Assembly: GCA_034432955.1 (NCBI GenBank)
Contig: DAOUBB010000153.1
Location: forward strand, 4,321-68,320
Direction of reading: 5' to 3'
DNA: 64,000 bases
Source of the DNA: Anaerolineae bacterium
Lineage (GTDB): Bacteria > Chloroflexota > Anaerolineae > DUEN01
A program made the translations under genes and the position numbers. The first letter of the stretch is position 1. Every line of letters starts with the position of its first letter. Under the pieces are notes generated by a model. It did not search any database. It had not been told where the DNA came from and saw only the letters and a list, made by a program, of their open reading frames with translations. Positions 19,322 to 29,988 of the stretch are shown here, piece by piece.

Positions 19322-20329
19322 TTGCGCAGGCTTCAACTGTGGTTGGGCATCTCCGTGAGCCTGATCTTCATAGTCATTGCCCTGCGACGTCTGGAGCTGG
19401 CCCAGGTAGGGCAGGAGTTACGAACGGCGCGCTATGTCTGGATCATCCCCGGCGTGCTGGTTTACTTTCTCGCCGTGTGGGCTCGCACCTGGCGCTGGCA
19501 TCTTTTGCTTCGCCCCTTGCGCGCCGTTCCGCTGTCGCGGCTGTTCCCGGTCGTCTGCATCGGCTACATGGGCAACAACATCTATCCGGCGCGCGCCGGC
19601 GAGGTCATCCGCAGTTATGTGCTGCGCCGCCGGGAGGGTGTGAGCATGAGCGCCAGCCTGGCGACGATCGCGGTGGAGCGCGTGTTCGATGGGCTGGTGA
19701 TGTTGATGTTCGTGTTCGCCTCGTTGCCCTTCACGCCGATGCCATCCTGGCTGCGACAGATCGTCATCCTCTCCAGTCTGTTATTCTTCGGGGCGTTGCT
19801 GGCCTTTCTGGCACTGGCCGCGCGGCCGCAACGGGGTCGCCGGTACTATGATCGGCTGGTCGCGCCGTGGTTGCCGGCTCGCTTTCGGGAGAAAGCAGGG
19901 GATCTGCTGGACCGCTTCCTGACCGGGCTGGGAGCGCTGCGGCGAAGCCGAGATATCCTGATGTTGTTCTGGACGTCGGTGGTCATCTGGCTGGCGGAGA
20001 CGGTCAAATACTGGTTTGTGATGCACGCTTTTGACTTCACCGTCCCGTTTTACGTGTTGATGCTGATGAACGGCGTGGTGAATCTGGCCACCACGCTGCC
20101 GGCTGCGCCGGGGTATATGGGCACGTTTGACCTGCCGGGCATCGAGATCCTGGCGACGTTTGGCGTGCCGCGGGAGCTGGCTGGAGCCTATACGGCCGTT
20201 TTGCACGTCGCGCTATGGCTGCCTATCACGCTGCTGGGCGCGCTCTACATGTGGCGTGAGCAGTTGCGCTGGGCTGACCTGAGCCGGGCGACGCGCGGTT
20301 CAGACGCGACGGTGGAGGTGCTCTCGTGA
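19322..20329 (+). CDS. Lysylphosphatidylglycerol-synthase TM / flippase-like (UPF0104) membrane protein
   Basis: [41 protein letters not shown] start 19322 assumed (ORF track 19208). Confidence 0.88.
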   Translation: MRRLQLWLGISVSLIFIVIALRRLELAQVGQELRTARYVWIIPGVLVYFLAVWARTWRWHLLLRPLRAVPLSRLFPVVCIGYMGNNIYPARAGEVIRSYVLRRREGVSMSASLATIAVERVFDGLVMLMFVFASLPFTPMPSWLRQIVILSSLLFFGALLAFLALAARPQRGRRYYDRLVAPWLPARFREKAGDLLDRFLTGLGALRRSRDILMLFWTSVVIWLAETVKYWFVMHAFDFTVPFYVLMLMNGVVNLATTLPAAPGYMGTFDLPGIEILATFGVPRELAGAYTAVLHVALWLPITLLGALYMWREQLRWADLSRATRGSDATVEVLS

Positions 20330-20330
20330 G

Positions 20331-20380
20331 GGACAACGGACGGTGGATGGAAGGCGACGATCGTCCATCGCCTATGGCCC
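20331..20380. repeat. Heptamer-based inverted repeat in intergenic spacer
   Basis: GGACAAC GGACGGT GGATGGA AGGCGAC / TCGTCCA TCGCCTA TGGCCCC. Confidence 0.5.
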
Positions 20381-20405
20381 CCTGGTCGAATTGGGAGGTG
20401 TCGGG

Positions 20406-21725
20406 ATGAAGGTGATCTGTGTGATCGGTGCTGGGTACGTGGGGCTGGTCACGGGGACCTGTTTCGCCGATCTCGGGAACCGGGTGACATGTCTGGACAT
20501 TGACGAGGCCAAGATCGAGAAGCTGCGAGCCGGCATCATGCCCATTTACGAGCCAGGCCTGGAGGAGATGGTGCGGCGCAATCAGGCGGCTGGCCGTCTC
20601 TGCTTCACCACGTCTTATGCTGAGGGGCTGGAGGACGCGGAGTTCGTGTTCATCGCGGTGGGCACCCCTTCCGGCGTGGATGGCGAGGCCGATCTGCGTT
20701 ATGTGCGCATGGCGGCCGAGTCCATCGCGCAGCATATGGACCACCCCATGATCATCGTGAACAAGAGCACGGTGCCGGTGGGCACAGGTGACTGGGTGGC
20801 CGACATCATTCGCCGTTGCCAGCCTCAACCCACCCCCTTTGCCGTCGTGTCGAATCCGGAGTTCCTGCGCGAGGGGTCGGCGATCCAGGATTTCCTCAAT
20901 CCCGATCGCGTGGTGTTGGGGTCGCTGGATCGCGAGGCGGCGGAGAAGGTGGCGCAACTTTACCTTCCCTTGCGAGCGCCCATCATCGTCACCGACCTGC
21001 GCACGGCTGAGATGATCAAGTATGCTTCCAACGCGTTCCTGGCCGCGCGCATCTCCTTCATCAATGAGATCGCGTCCATCTGTGAGCGGCTGGGGGCGGA
21101 TGTGAAGGAGGTGGCGATTGGCATGGGGTACGATCGCCGGATCGGGCACGCCTTCCTCGACGCCGGGATAGGATGGGGGGGAAGCTGCTTTCCGAAGGAT
21201 GTGAAAGCGCTGGAGTATATGGCGCTGGTGCATGGCGCCCATCCGTCGCTGTTGCGAGCGGTGATGGAGATCAACCGTGATCAACGCCGCCAGGTGATTC
21301 ACAAGCTGCGGGAGCTTCTCGGCTCCCTGCGCGATCGCACGGTGGGGCTGTTGGGGCTGGCGTTTAAGCCGAACACAGACGACATGCGCGAGGCGCCATC
21401 CGTGGATATCGCTCGCATGTTGATCCACGAGGGCGCCCGCGTGCGTGGGTACGACCCGGTGGCGATGGGGGTGGCCGCGCGCGTGATCCCGGAGGTGGAG
21501 CTCGTCTCCGATCCCTACAAGCTGGCGGAGGGGAGCGACGCGCTGGTCGTGTGCACCGAGTGGAACGAGTTCAAGCATCTCGATCTGGCCCGCATCCGTG
21601 ATCTCATGCGAGAGCCGGTCCTGATTGATGGGCGCAATATCTACGATCCCAAGCAGATGTACGCGCTGGGCTTTAAATACCGGGGCATGGGGCGCGGCTA
21701 TTCAGCGCCAGAGGCGAGGGTATGA
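20406..21725 (+). CDS. ugd: UDP-glucose 6-dehydrogenase
   Basis: [55 protein letters not shown]; GGGAGGT RBS. Confidence 0.96.
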   Translation: MKVICVIGAGYVGLVTGTCFADLGNRVTCLDIDEAKIEKLRAGIMPIYEPGLEEMVRRNQAAGRLCFTTSYAEGLEDAEFVFIAVGTPSGVDGEADLRYVRMAAESIAQHMDHPMIIVNKSTVPVGTGDWVADIIRRCQPQPTPFAVVSNPEFLREGSAIQDFLNPDRVVLGSLDREAAEKVAQLYLPLRAPIIVTDLRTAEMIKYASNAFLAARISFINEIASICERLGADVKEVAIGMGYDRRIGHAFLDAGIGWGGSCFPKDVKALEYMALVHGAHPSLLRAVMEINRDQRRQVIHKLRELLGSLRDRTVGLLGLAFKPNTDDMREAPSVDIARMLIHEGARVRGYDPVAMGVAARVIPEVELVSDPYKLAEGSDALVVCTEWNEFKHLDLARIRDLMREPVLIDGRNIYDPKQMYALGFKYRGMGRGYSAPEARV

Positions 21726-23014
21726 GCGAGCAGGAGGGGGCGTTGGTGCGAGAGCAGCTGGATAACGGGCTGACGGTGCTGATGCGCCCCTCGCGTGGGG
21801 CCCCCGTGGTCAGCTTCTGGGTGTGGTATCGGGTAGGCAGCCGCAATGAGGGGCCCGGCATGACGGGCGCGTCGCACTGGGTGGAGCACATGTTGTTCCG
21901 CGGCACGCCCCAGTTTCCAGGAGGGCTAGTGCACCGGCTCATCGCCCGCGAGGGCGGCATCCGCAACGGCATGACCTCTTACGATTTCACGTGCTACTTT
22001 GAGACGTTGCCGGCCGACCGCATAGACCTGGCCTTGCGCATCGAGGCCGACCGCATGGTCAATGCCCAGTTTGCGCCCGAAGATGTGGAGGCGGAACGCA
22101 CCATCATCCTGGCCGAGCGCGCCGGGCGCGAGAACCAGCCCACCTCGCGGCTGCATGAGGCGATCGAGCAGGCCGCTTTCCAGGTGCATGGCTACGGCCA
22201 CCCTGTCATCGGCTGGCGTGAGGACCTGGAGCGCATGACGCGCGATAGGCTGTACGCGCACTATCGGGCCTGTTATGCGCCGGACAATGCGGTCATCTCG
22301 ATTGCCGGGGACTTTCAGCCGGATGAGATGAAGGCGCGCGTGGAGGAGCTCTTTGGCGCGATCCCGCCGGTTGGCGATCGTCCGGCGGAGCCGTCGCCTG
22401 AACCCTTGCGCCATGAGATGCGGCGCGTGTGCGTGACCGGCAGGGACCGCACAAGCTACGTTGAAATAGCGTTCCCCGCGCCGCCGGCCACTCATCCCGA
22501 TTATTTCCCCATGGTCGCGCTGCAGGCGATCTTGAGCGGCGCGGCGCCGATGACCCTCTTCGGTGGCGGCGGAGCTGCTCTCTTCCGCTCGGCCCGCCTG
22601 TACCGGGCCCTGGTGGAGCGGGAACTGGCCGTGCGCACCGGGTGCAGCGTGCGGCCCTCGATAGACTCGCACCTGTTCCTGTTCTTCGCGGCCGTTCGAC
22701 AGGGGGTCACCCCTCAGGCGGTTGAAGACGCACTGTGGGCCGAGATCGACCGGGTCTGCCAGGAGCCGGTGACCCCGGCCGAGCTGGCTAAGGCCTTGCG
22801 CCAGGCGCGCGCCCAGTTTGCCTATAGCAGTGAGAGCGTGACCAACCAGGCGTTCTGGCTGGGCTATAGCGAGGTGATCGCCTCAGCCGAGTGGTTTTTC
22901 CGCTTTACCGATGCCCTCGCGCGCGTGACGACGGCGGATGTGCAGCGCGTCGCCCAGACCTATCTGCAGCGCGATCAGGCCGTGGTGGGGTGGTATGTGC
23001 CAGATGGGTCGTGA
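21722..23014 (+). CDS. M16 (pitrilysin-like) peptidase, catalytic type, copy 1
   Basis: [15 protein letters not shown] (HxxEH), downstream Glu (ILAER). Confidence 0.92.
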   Translation: MSEQEGALVREQLDNGLTVLMRPSRGAPVVSFWVWYRVGSRNEGPGMTGASHWVEHMLFRGTPQFPGGLVHRLIAREGGIRNGMTSYDFTCYFETLPADRIDLALRIEADRMVNAQFAPEDVEAERTIILAERAGRENQPTSRLHEAIEQAAFQVHGYGHPVIGWREDLERMTRDRLYAHYRACYAPDNAVISIAGDFQPDEMKARVEELFGAIPPVGDRPAEPSPEPLRHEMRRVCVTGRDRTSYVEIAFPAPPATHPDYFPMVALQAILSGAAPMTLFGGGGAALFRSARLYRALVERELAVRTGCSVRPSIDSHLFLFFAAVRQGVTPQAVEDALWAEIDRVCQEPVTPAELAKALRQARAQFAYSSESVTNQAFWLGYSEVIASAEWFFRFTDALARVTTADVQRVAQTYLQRDQAVVGWYVPDGS

Positions 23015-24308
23015 GAGGTGGACTCTGGTAAGCGATGGCGTCGTGAGAACGCAACTGGACAACGGGCTAACGGTGGTGCTCAAGCCGCTCGCCCAGGCGC
23101 CCGTGGCGAGCCTGTTCCTCTGGTATCGTGTGGGCAGCCGCAACGAGGTGGACGGCCGCACGGGCATCTCGCACTGGGTGGAGCACATGCTCTTCAAGGG
23201 GACGGAGCAATTCCCCCCCGGCGAGGCGGATCGGCTTGTCTCTCGCGAGGGCGGCTACCGCAACGCCATGACCTACCTCGACTGGACCACTTACTTCGAG
23301 ACGTTGCCGGCCGATCGGTTTGATCTCGCTTTGCGGATTGAAGCCGATCGGATGGTCAACAGCCCATTTCGCGAGGAGGACGTGGAATCGGAGCGGATGG
23401 TCATCATCTCCGAGCGGCAGGGATATGAGAACGATCCGGAGTTCCTGTTGTCCGAAAGCCTCACCGCTGTGGCCATCACGGTGCACCCCTATCGCCATGA
23501 GACGATCGGCTGGCCGTGCGATCTGCAGGGCATCACCCGAGACGAGCTGTACGAGCATTATCGGACGTATTATTCTCCGGACAACGCGAAGCTGGTGGCC
23601 GTAGGCGGTTTTGACCCGGATGCGTTGCTGAGGCGGATTGAAGAGCTTTTCGGGCCGATCCCGCCGGGGCCGGGCGTGCCGCCGGTGCGCGCGGTGGAGC
23701 CGCCTCAGCGGGGTGAACGTCGCGTAGTGGTGCAGGGGCCGGGGACGACCACCTACGTTGAGGTCGCCTTTCACGCGCCGCCGGCCGCGCACGAGGACTT
23801 TTTCCCATTGGTCGTCCTGGATGCCGTGCTCGACGGCGCGCGCGCCCTGGGGGTGTTCCGCAGCAGCCCGCCCAGCCGCAGCGCACGTTTGTATCGGGCG
23901 CTGGTGGAGACGGATCTCGCCCTCGAGGTGTCCACTTCCTTATTGCCAACCATTGATCCATACCTGTATAGTTGTAGCGCGACGGTACGGGCGGAACGAC
24001 GGGCAGAAGAGGTGGAGGCGGCCATCTTGCGCGAGCTGGAGCGGCTGGCAGAGGAGCCCGTCCGCGCAGAGGAGCTGGCCAAGGCGATCAAGCAGACGCG
24101 GGCGGAGTTCGTGTACGGCAGCGAAAGCGTGACGGATCAGGCCTACTGGCTGGGCTTCGCCGAGACGGCGGTCTCGCCCCGATGGCTGGATGAGTACCTG
24201 GATCGCGTGGAGGCGGTGACCGCCGCTGACGTCCAACGGGTAGCTCAAACCTACCTGACGCCGCAAAATCGCACCATTGGCTGGTTTGTGCCGGAGTCGT
24301 CGAACTAG
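23004..24308 (+). CDS. M16 peptidase, catalytic type, copy 2
   Basis: [20 protein letters not shown]; paralogue of the previous gene. Start approximate. Confidence 0.92.
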   Translation: MGRERWTLVSDGVVRTQLDNGLTVVLKPLAQAPVASLFLWYRVGSRNEVDGRTGISHWVEHMLFKGTEQFPPGEADRLVSREGGYRNAMTYLDWTTYFETLPADRFDLALRIEADRMVNSPFREEDVESERMVIISERQGYENDPEFLLSESLTAVAITVHPYRHETIGWPCDLQGITRDELYEHYRTYYSPDNAKLVAVGGFDPDALLRRIEELFGPIPPGPGVPPVRAVEPPQRGERRVVVQGPGTTTYVEVAFHAPPAAHEDFFPLVVLDAVLDGARALGVFRSSPPSRSARLYRALVETDLALEVSTSLLPTIDPYLYSCSATVRAERRAEEVEAAILRELERLAEEPVRAEELAKAIKQTRAEFVYGSESVTDQAYWLGFAETAVSPRWLDEYLDRVEAVTAADVQRVAQTYLTPQNRTIGWFVPESSN

Positions 24309-24319
24309 GGAGGAGCGCG

Positions 24320-25630
24320 ATGCAGGCTAGCGGCCGGAGACAGCAGGAGATAGGGCGCAATCCGGCAATCCCTGGGCCGGAGGACATCAGCCGCTATGTG
24401 TTACCGAACGGGTTCGTGGCGTTGATCCGGGAGAACCATGTCAGCCCATCGGTCGTGATCGAGGGATATCTGCCGGTGGGGAGCGTGCACGAGCCCGCGT
24501 CGCTGGCCGGCCTGGCCAGTTTCGTTGCCTCCATGCTCATGCGAGGGACGGAGACCCGCACGTTTACCCAGATCAATGAGGAAATCGAGGCAGTAGGGGC
24601 TTCTCTCAGCTTTGGCTCCGGGCGACACAGCACCGGCTTCTCCGGCCAATGTCTGTCGGAAGACCTGGGGTTGCTGATAGAGATCCTTGCCGACGTCCTC
24701 CAACATCCCACGTTCCCCCTCGAACAGGTGGAGCGGGTGCGAGGGCAACGGCTGACGGCGTTGCAGGAGCGAGAGAGTGACACCCGCCAGATGGCCGAGC
24801 TGGCTTTCCGTGAGATGGCTTACCCCGAGGGCCATCCGTATCGCCTGGCCACGGCCGGCTACCCCGAAACCATCCGGGCGATCACTCGCGAGCACCTGGT
24901 GGACTTCTACCAACGGCTGTATTCGCCCCGCGGCGGTGCCATCGCTGTGGTAGGGGCGGTGGACACGGCGCGCGTCGTTGATCTGCTGGCCGACAAGCTA
25001 GGGCGATGGCAGCCGGCGGTCGAGGCGGCCGCGAATTCGGTAGCGCCTGTGCCGCCGCTGGACGAGGTCCGGCGCAAAATCGTCGTCGTGCCTGGGAAAT
25101 CTCAAACCGATCTGGTATTGGGCGTCCCTGGGATCGCCAGGGACAACCCGGATTACCACGCGGCTGTGCTGGCCAACACCGTGCTGGGCGTTTTTGGCAT
25201 GATGGGGCGGCTGGGTGAAAATGTACGCGAGCGGCAGGGGCTGGCTTACTATACGTATAGCACCCTGGAGGCCGGCAAGGGCCCGGGGCCTTGGGCGGCC
25301 ATCGCCGGGGTTGATCCGGCGAACGTGGAGCGGGCCATCGCCAGCATCGAAGAGGAGATCGCCCGCATGGGAAGCGAACCGGTGCCGGAAGAAGAGCTGG
25401 CCGACTCCAAGGCTTACCTGACCGGCTCGTTGCCGCTCCGTTTGGAGACCAATGACGGCGTGGCCGGTGCGATCCTGGATATGGAGTGGTATGGGTTGGG
25501 GCTGGACTACCTGCAGCGCTATCCGAAGCTGGTGCACAGTGTCACCCCAGAGCAAGTGCGGGGGGTCGTGGCCCGCTATCTACGGCCGGACGCGTACGCT
25601 CTGGGGATCGCCGGCCCTCAAGAGGGGTAG
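24320..25630 (+). CDS. M16 peptidase, non-catalytic partner subunit
   Basis: Lacks HxxEH (LASFVASML); has RL..NVRERQGLAYY. Confidence 0.9.
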   Translation: MQASGRRQQEIGRNPAIPGPEDISRYVLPNGFVALIRENHVSPSVVIEGYLPVGSVHEPASLAGLASFVASMLMRGTETRTFTQINEEIEAVGASLSFGSGRHSTGFSGQCLSEDLGLLIEILADVLQHPTFPLEQVERVRGQRLTALQERESDTRQMAELAFREMAYPEGHPYRLATAGYPETIRAITREHLVDFYQRLYSPRGGAIAVVGAVDTARVVDLLADKLGRWQPAVEAAANSVAPVPPLDEVRRKIVVVPGKSQTDLVLGVPGIARDNPDYHAAVLANTVLGVFGMMGRLGENVRERQGLAYYTYSTLEAGKGPGPWAAIAGVDPANVERAIASIEEEIARMGSEPVPEEELADSKAYLTGSLPLRLETNDGVAGAILDMEWYGLGLDYLQRYPKLVHSVTPEQVRGVVARYLRPDAYALGIAGPQEG

Positions 25631-25664
25631 TCCGGCGTGCTGCTGTGGCATGGAGAGCGAGGGC

Positions 25665-26063
25665 ATGTTGGCTGTAGGGATAGACATCGTCGAGCTGGAT
25701 CGGATTGCCGTGGCGGTGGCGCGATGGGGGGATCGGTTCCTGCGACGCGTGTACACACCGGCAGAGCTGGCCTATTGTGGGCGGCGTATCGCCTCACTGG
25801 CCGCGCGCTGGGCGGCCAAGGAGGCCGTCAGCAAGGCCCTGGGGTGTGGTTGGCTGGAGGTAGGCTGGGCTGAGATCGAGGTGGAGCGGTCGCCGACGGG
25901 GCAGCCGCGCGTGCGCCTGCACGGGCGCGCGCAGGCACACGCCCAGAGGCTGGGGCTCACGAAGTGGTCCCTCAGCCTGTCGCACAGCCGCGACTACGCG
26001 GTAGCGATGGCGATAGCCACCGGTCAAGGGCGGCAAGATCGGCCCCTTGGAGGGCAGGCGTAA
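25665..26063 (+). CDS. acpS: Holo-[acyl-carrier-protein] synthase
   Basis: GIDIVE, ARWAAKEAVSKALG, SLSHS. Confidence 0.95.
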   Translation: MLAVGIDIVELDRIAVAVARWGDRFLRRVYTPAELAYCGRRIASLAARWAAKEAVSKALGCGWLEVGWAEIEVERSPTGQPRVRLHGRAQAHAQRLGLTKWSLSLSHSRDYAVAMAIATGQGRQDRPLGGQA

Positions 26064-26129
26064 TGTGCAACCCTGAAGTTTGGCCTTTCTCTTGCGGGCC
26101 CTATCTATTGGGGTGGGTGACCGAAGGCA

Positions 26130-27950
26130 ATGCCTTCGGTCGCCCAAAAAGCCAAACTCCCGTGCGGCTGCAGGCTGACTTCTGGTGAGAGAGGACAGGT
26201 GGGGACATTCGATCATTGCCTTCAGGTGTTGGTCGGGAATAGCCAGCCGGAGATCGCCCATGCTCGTGCTCGCGCTCTGGAGGAGGCCGGCCATCGGGCA
26301 AAGGCGGTCACGAGCTTGGCTGAGGCCAGGGAGAGCGCGTCCTCAGCCTCGTCCAAGAGCCCCGGGTGCGATGTGATCGTGTTGGACGGGCGCTGGGCCC
26401 AGGGCGAGGCAGCCGGCTCTGCTTCAGGGGGGGCAGGCCTCGCGGCATTGCGTGAGGCGGCCCCGGAGGCCGCGTGGCTGGTCACCAGCTCGGTCGAACT
26501 GTTGCCCGTAGCGGTGAGCCTGTTGCGCTTCGGTGTGGCCGAGATTCTGCTCGAGCCAGTTACCGACACAGCCTTGCGGGAGGCGGTGGCTCGCGTGGTG
26601 GAGCGTGTGCGAGAGCAGCGCGAGGGGCTACGTTTGCGCGCGCTGGTCCCTCTGTATCAGATCAGCCAGGCGTTCATGACGGATTTGCACCTGAACGATT
26701 TGCTCCAGCGGATCGTCGAGACGGCGGTGGCTGCTACCGGGGCCCAGCGCGGCTCCTTGATGCTGATAGACGAGGACCGTCAAGAACTCGCAGTCCAGGC
26801 GGCTGTCGGGATGCCGCCAGAGGTCGTGGCGACGGCGCGCGAGCGGGTGGGGCGCGGCATCGCCGGCTGGGTCGCCCGCACGGGCATACCACTAGTGATC
26901 AACAACGAAGAGGATATCCCACCCTTTCTGCGTTCGTCCTTGCGCGGCGGGATGGCGCATTCGGCCGTATGTTTGCCATTAGCTGTGAAAGGTAAGATGA
27001 TTGGCGTGATCAACCTGACCAAGACGGTGGGCCAGCCGCCTTTCACGCGTGGGGATGCCGAGCTGTTGTCGGTGTTGGCCGGGCAGGCGGCCATCGCCAT
27101 TGAGAACGCTCGCCTGTTCGAGGAGATGGAACGGGCTTACCAGGACTTGCGTCGGCTGGATGAGATGAAGTCGGAATTCATCAATGTGGCCGCGCACGAG
27201 CTGCGCACCCCAGTCGCCGTGATCTTGGGCTACGCTTCGTTGCTGATGGAAGAGATGTCTCGGCGGGACGTCTCTGCCTTAGATGAAAAGTGGACAGGCG
27301 AATACATTGAGCCGATTGTGCGCAATGCGCGCCGGTTGCAGGACCTGGCGGACAACCTGTTGAATCTGGATAGCCTGAGCAACTGGCAGCCGGGTGGCAG
27401 TGGGGTTGAGCTGACCCCCTTGTCAGCCTATTCCATCGTCCAGCGCGTGGCGGCCGAGTTCCAACCGCTGGCGCAGGAGCGAGTGATCTCCCTGGAGGTG
27501 CAAACGCCTCGCCGAGACACAGGCGCCCTGGGTAGAGACGCCCCGCCAGGGCGTCTCTACGTGCTGGCGGACGAGGCGAAGACGATCTTGATCTTGCGCC
27601 ATCTGTTGAGCAACGCCATCAAGTTTACGCCGTCTGGCGGACGTGTGGTGCTATCCATTGAGCCCTCTGAAGAGGAGGCGGTGATCACGGTGGCGGACAC
27701 GGGGCCGGGCGTGCCTCCGGAGAAGCGACGTTACCTCTTCCAGCCTTTCTTCCAGGCCGAGCCTTCGCTGACACGTCGCCATGCGGGGCTGGGGGTAGGG
27801 TTGAGCATTGCGAAGCGGCTGGCAGAGCTGCAGAACGGTCGGCTGTGGCTGGAAGACCGTCCGGGCTTTGGTGCCGTCTTCTGCCTGGCTTTCCCGCGAG
27901 CCATCGAGCCGGCGACGGAGAGCGGTCAGCGGATGGCCAACACGGGCTAA
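26130..27950 (+). CDS. Pseudo-receiver / GAF / histidine kinase
   Basis: H-box AHELRTP, N-box LLSNAIKFT, DTGPG, GLGVGLSI; GAF domain; degenerate receiver N-terminus. Start may be GTG 26199. Confidence 0.92.
   Translation: MPSVAQKAKLPCGCRLTSGERGQVGTFDHCLQVLVGNSQPEIAHARARALEEAGHRAKAVTSLAEARESASSASSKSPGCDVIVLDGRWAQGEAAGSASGGAGLAALREAAPEAAWLVTSSVELLPVAVSLLRFGVAEILLEPVTDTALREAVARVVERVREQREGLRLRALVPLYQISQAFMTDLHLNDLLQRIVETAVAATGAQRGSLMLIDEDRQELAVQAAVGMPPEVVATARERVGRGIAGWVARTGIPLVINNEEDIPPFLRSSLRGGMAHSAVCLPLAVKGKMIGVINLTKTVGQPPFTRGDAELLSVLAGQAAIAIENARLFEEMERAYQDLRRLDEMKSEFINVAAHELRTPVAVILGYASLLMEEMSRRDVSALDEKWTGEYIEPIVRNARRLQDLADNLLNLDSLSNWQPGGSGVELTPLSAYSIVQRVAAEFQPLAQERVISLEVQTPRRDTGALGRDAPPGRLYVLADEAKTILILRHLLSNAIKFTPSGGRVVLSIEPSEEEAVITVADTGPGVPPEKRRYLFQPFFQAEPSLTRRHAGLGVGLSIAKRLAELQNGRLWLEDRPGFGAVFCLAFPRAIEPATESGQRMANTG
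27532..27560. repeat. GTAG-type REP palindrome inside the kinase CDS
   Basis: GTAGAGACGCCC-CGCCA-GGGCGTCTCTAC, perfect 12-bp arms. Confidence 0.8.
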
Positions 27951-28032
27951 CCAGGCTGGATGTGCTGTTTCCCAAGCTGCCATCGAGCATATGGCCAATC
28001 TCATAGCCACTGGCTGGGCTTGGAGGTGGGCG

Positions 28033-28467
28033 ATGCGCCGACGAAGATACGACTTCGCGACCATCACCGAGTTTCCGGAAGTGGCCCACGAGCTCCCAAC
28101 GCTGCTGTCCGAGCTGGGGAGTGTGACGCGCATGCAGTATGAGCTGAGCGACGCTTGGGTGACGGTGGTCGTCCGCCTGCACAAGCCGGCGCAGGTTTGG
28201 AACAGCCTGCCGACATCCTCCACGGCCGTGATGTCCATTGACCGCGCGAACAACGCCTGCTTGGGCACGCGTATCCCCGTGCGCATGCGTGAGCTGCCGA
28301 GGAGGGGCGATAAGCTGGTGTGCTTCACGATCCGGTTAGAGCTGGACAGCCGTGACGTGCCGGAGAGCGATCACACGGCCGATCGGCTGCGCGGTTTTAT
28401 CAGGGATTTTGCACGCAGAGCATCCCTGGGATGGTATTACGCGCCGAAACCTGATAGCGGTGATTGA
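28033..28467 (+). CDS. Hypothetical protein (144 aa)
   Basis: GGAGGT RBS before ATG 28033; no recognised family. Confidence 0.7.
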   Translation: MRRRRYDFATITEFPEVAHELPTLLSELGSVTRMQYELSDAWVTVVVRLHKPAQVWNSLPTSSTAVMSIDRANNACLGTRIPVRMRELPRRGDKLVCFTIRLELDSRDVPESDHTADRLRGFIRDFARRASLGWYYAPKPDSGD

Positions 28468-28485
28468 CGGAGCCTATACACTGGA

Positions 28486-29499
28486 GTGACCATGCCTGAA
28501 GACAAGATGAGCCACGAGGTGTACGACATCACGATCATCGGCGCGGGCCCTGCCGGGCTCTTTGCCGCCTTCTATGCCGGCTTGCGCGGCATGAAGACCA
28601 AAATCATCGAGGCTTTGCCCGAGCCGGGAGGGCAGCTTGCCGTCCTGTACCCGGAGAAGTTCATCTACGATGTGCCAGGTTTCCCGAAGGTGTTGGCCAA
28701 GGACCTGGTGAAATCTCTGACGGAGCAGGCTTACCAGTTTCACCCCACGTTGTGTTTTGAAGAGCAGGTGCTGTCTCTCCAGCGCCATGACAACGACCTG
28801 ATCCGGTTGGTGACCAATCGAGGAGAACACTGGAGTCGCACGGTGATCATCGCGGCGGGTATCGGTGCATTCCAGCCTAACAAGCTTGATCGGCCTGGGA
28901 TTGCCGAGTTCGAGGGCCGGGGGGTTTATTATTTCGTGCGACGCAAAGCCCTGTTTCGCGGCAAGCGCGTCCTCATCGTGGGTGGTGGCGATTCGGCGGT
29001 GGACTGGGCGCTGAACCTCAAAGATTGGGCACGGGAGGTGACCCTGATCCATCGGCGGGACCAGTTTCGGGCTTTGGAGAGCAGCGTCATCGAGCTGATG
29101 AGTTCGCCGGTGCGGGTCAAGTTGTTCTGGGAGCTCGAGGCAGTGCACGGGGATCAGGCGGTCGAAGCGGCGACGATCGTGCACAATAAGACGGGTGCGA
29201 AGGAGACCATCCCTGTGGATGCCGTGTTGTTGTTCCTGGGCTTCAAAGCAGATGTGGGGTACCTGAAGACCTGGGGACTGGAAGTGGACAATCGCCACAT
29301 CCTGGTGAACGGCCGCATGGAGACCAATCTGCCGGGGGTTTACGCGATTGGCGACATCGCTGAAAACCCGCAGTCCGTGTATCTGAACCTGATCGCCACC
29401 GGTTTTGCCCAGGCTGCGATCGCCGTCAACTGCGCCAAAGCCTACCTCGATCCCCAGGCGAAAGTATTCCCTGGCCATTCCAGCGAAAAGCGTCTGTAG
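28486..29499 (+). CDS. Ferredoxin-NADP+ reductase, TrxB-like (YumC type)
   Basis: IIGAGPAG, LYPEKFIYDVPG, GGGDSAVDWA, no CxxC, C-terminal FPGHSS. Confidence 0.92.
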   Translation: MTMPEDKMSHEVYDITIIGAGPAGLFAAFYAGLRGMKTKIIEALPEPGGQLAVLYPEKFIYDVPGFPKVLAKDLVKSLTEQAYQFHPTLCFEEQVLSLQRHDNDLIRLVTNRGEHWSRTVIIAAGIGAFQPNKLDRPGIAEFEGRGVYYFVRRKALFRGKRVLIVGGGDSAVDWALNLKDWAREVTLIHRRDQFRALESSVIELMSSPVRVKLFWELEAVHGDQAVEAATIVHNKTGAKETIPVDAVLLFLGFKADVGYLKTWGLEVDNRHILVNGRMETNLPGVYAIGDIAENPQSVYLNLIATGFAQAAIAVNCAKAYLDPQAKVFPGHSSEKRL

Positions 29500-29562
29500 C
29501 AAGCTGCTGACTGTCCGTCGCCTTCCTCTTTTCCCCTCTGTCCGTCTGCCCATCCGGGTGGA

Positions 29563-29757
29563 GGGGCGACACCAGTGATCGCCCCATGCGCATCAAGTTA
29601 AGCGGGACAAGCTAGGGAGCCAGATCACTCACCAAGAGGGCCAGCCGGTTCCTCCCCCTGGATGGGGGAGGCCAGGTGGGGGTGAAATTGTCCCCTCCCA
29701 CCAGGGGAGGGGAACTTGGGGAAACCTCGTGCCTATGGACGACACAGTGGTCGCCCC
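29563..29757. repeat. Composite REP cluster
   Basis: GGGGCGA-CACCAGTGA-TCGCCCC (29563-29585) and a degenerate copy (29737-29757) flank CCTCCCCC..GGGGGAGG and TCCCCTCCC..GGGGAGGGGA hairpins. Confidence 0.7.
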
Positions 29758-29988
29758 CACTGCCTGGTTGGGGCCTCAGGAGGCATTTTCAGCCGTCACT
29801 GGAGAAACCCCACCTGGTACCATAGGCCCAGGTCACCTTGATGCGACATGCCCCCAGCGCTGTTTAGCATCGCCTCTCTCTGGCCGATAATAACTACATG
29901 CAGGGCTGATCGGGAGGTCAGTTGCCGGATCGGCTCGTTTCCCTTCGCCCACAGCACCGTTGTCTATGGCTGGTCATGAGGTGGAACC

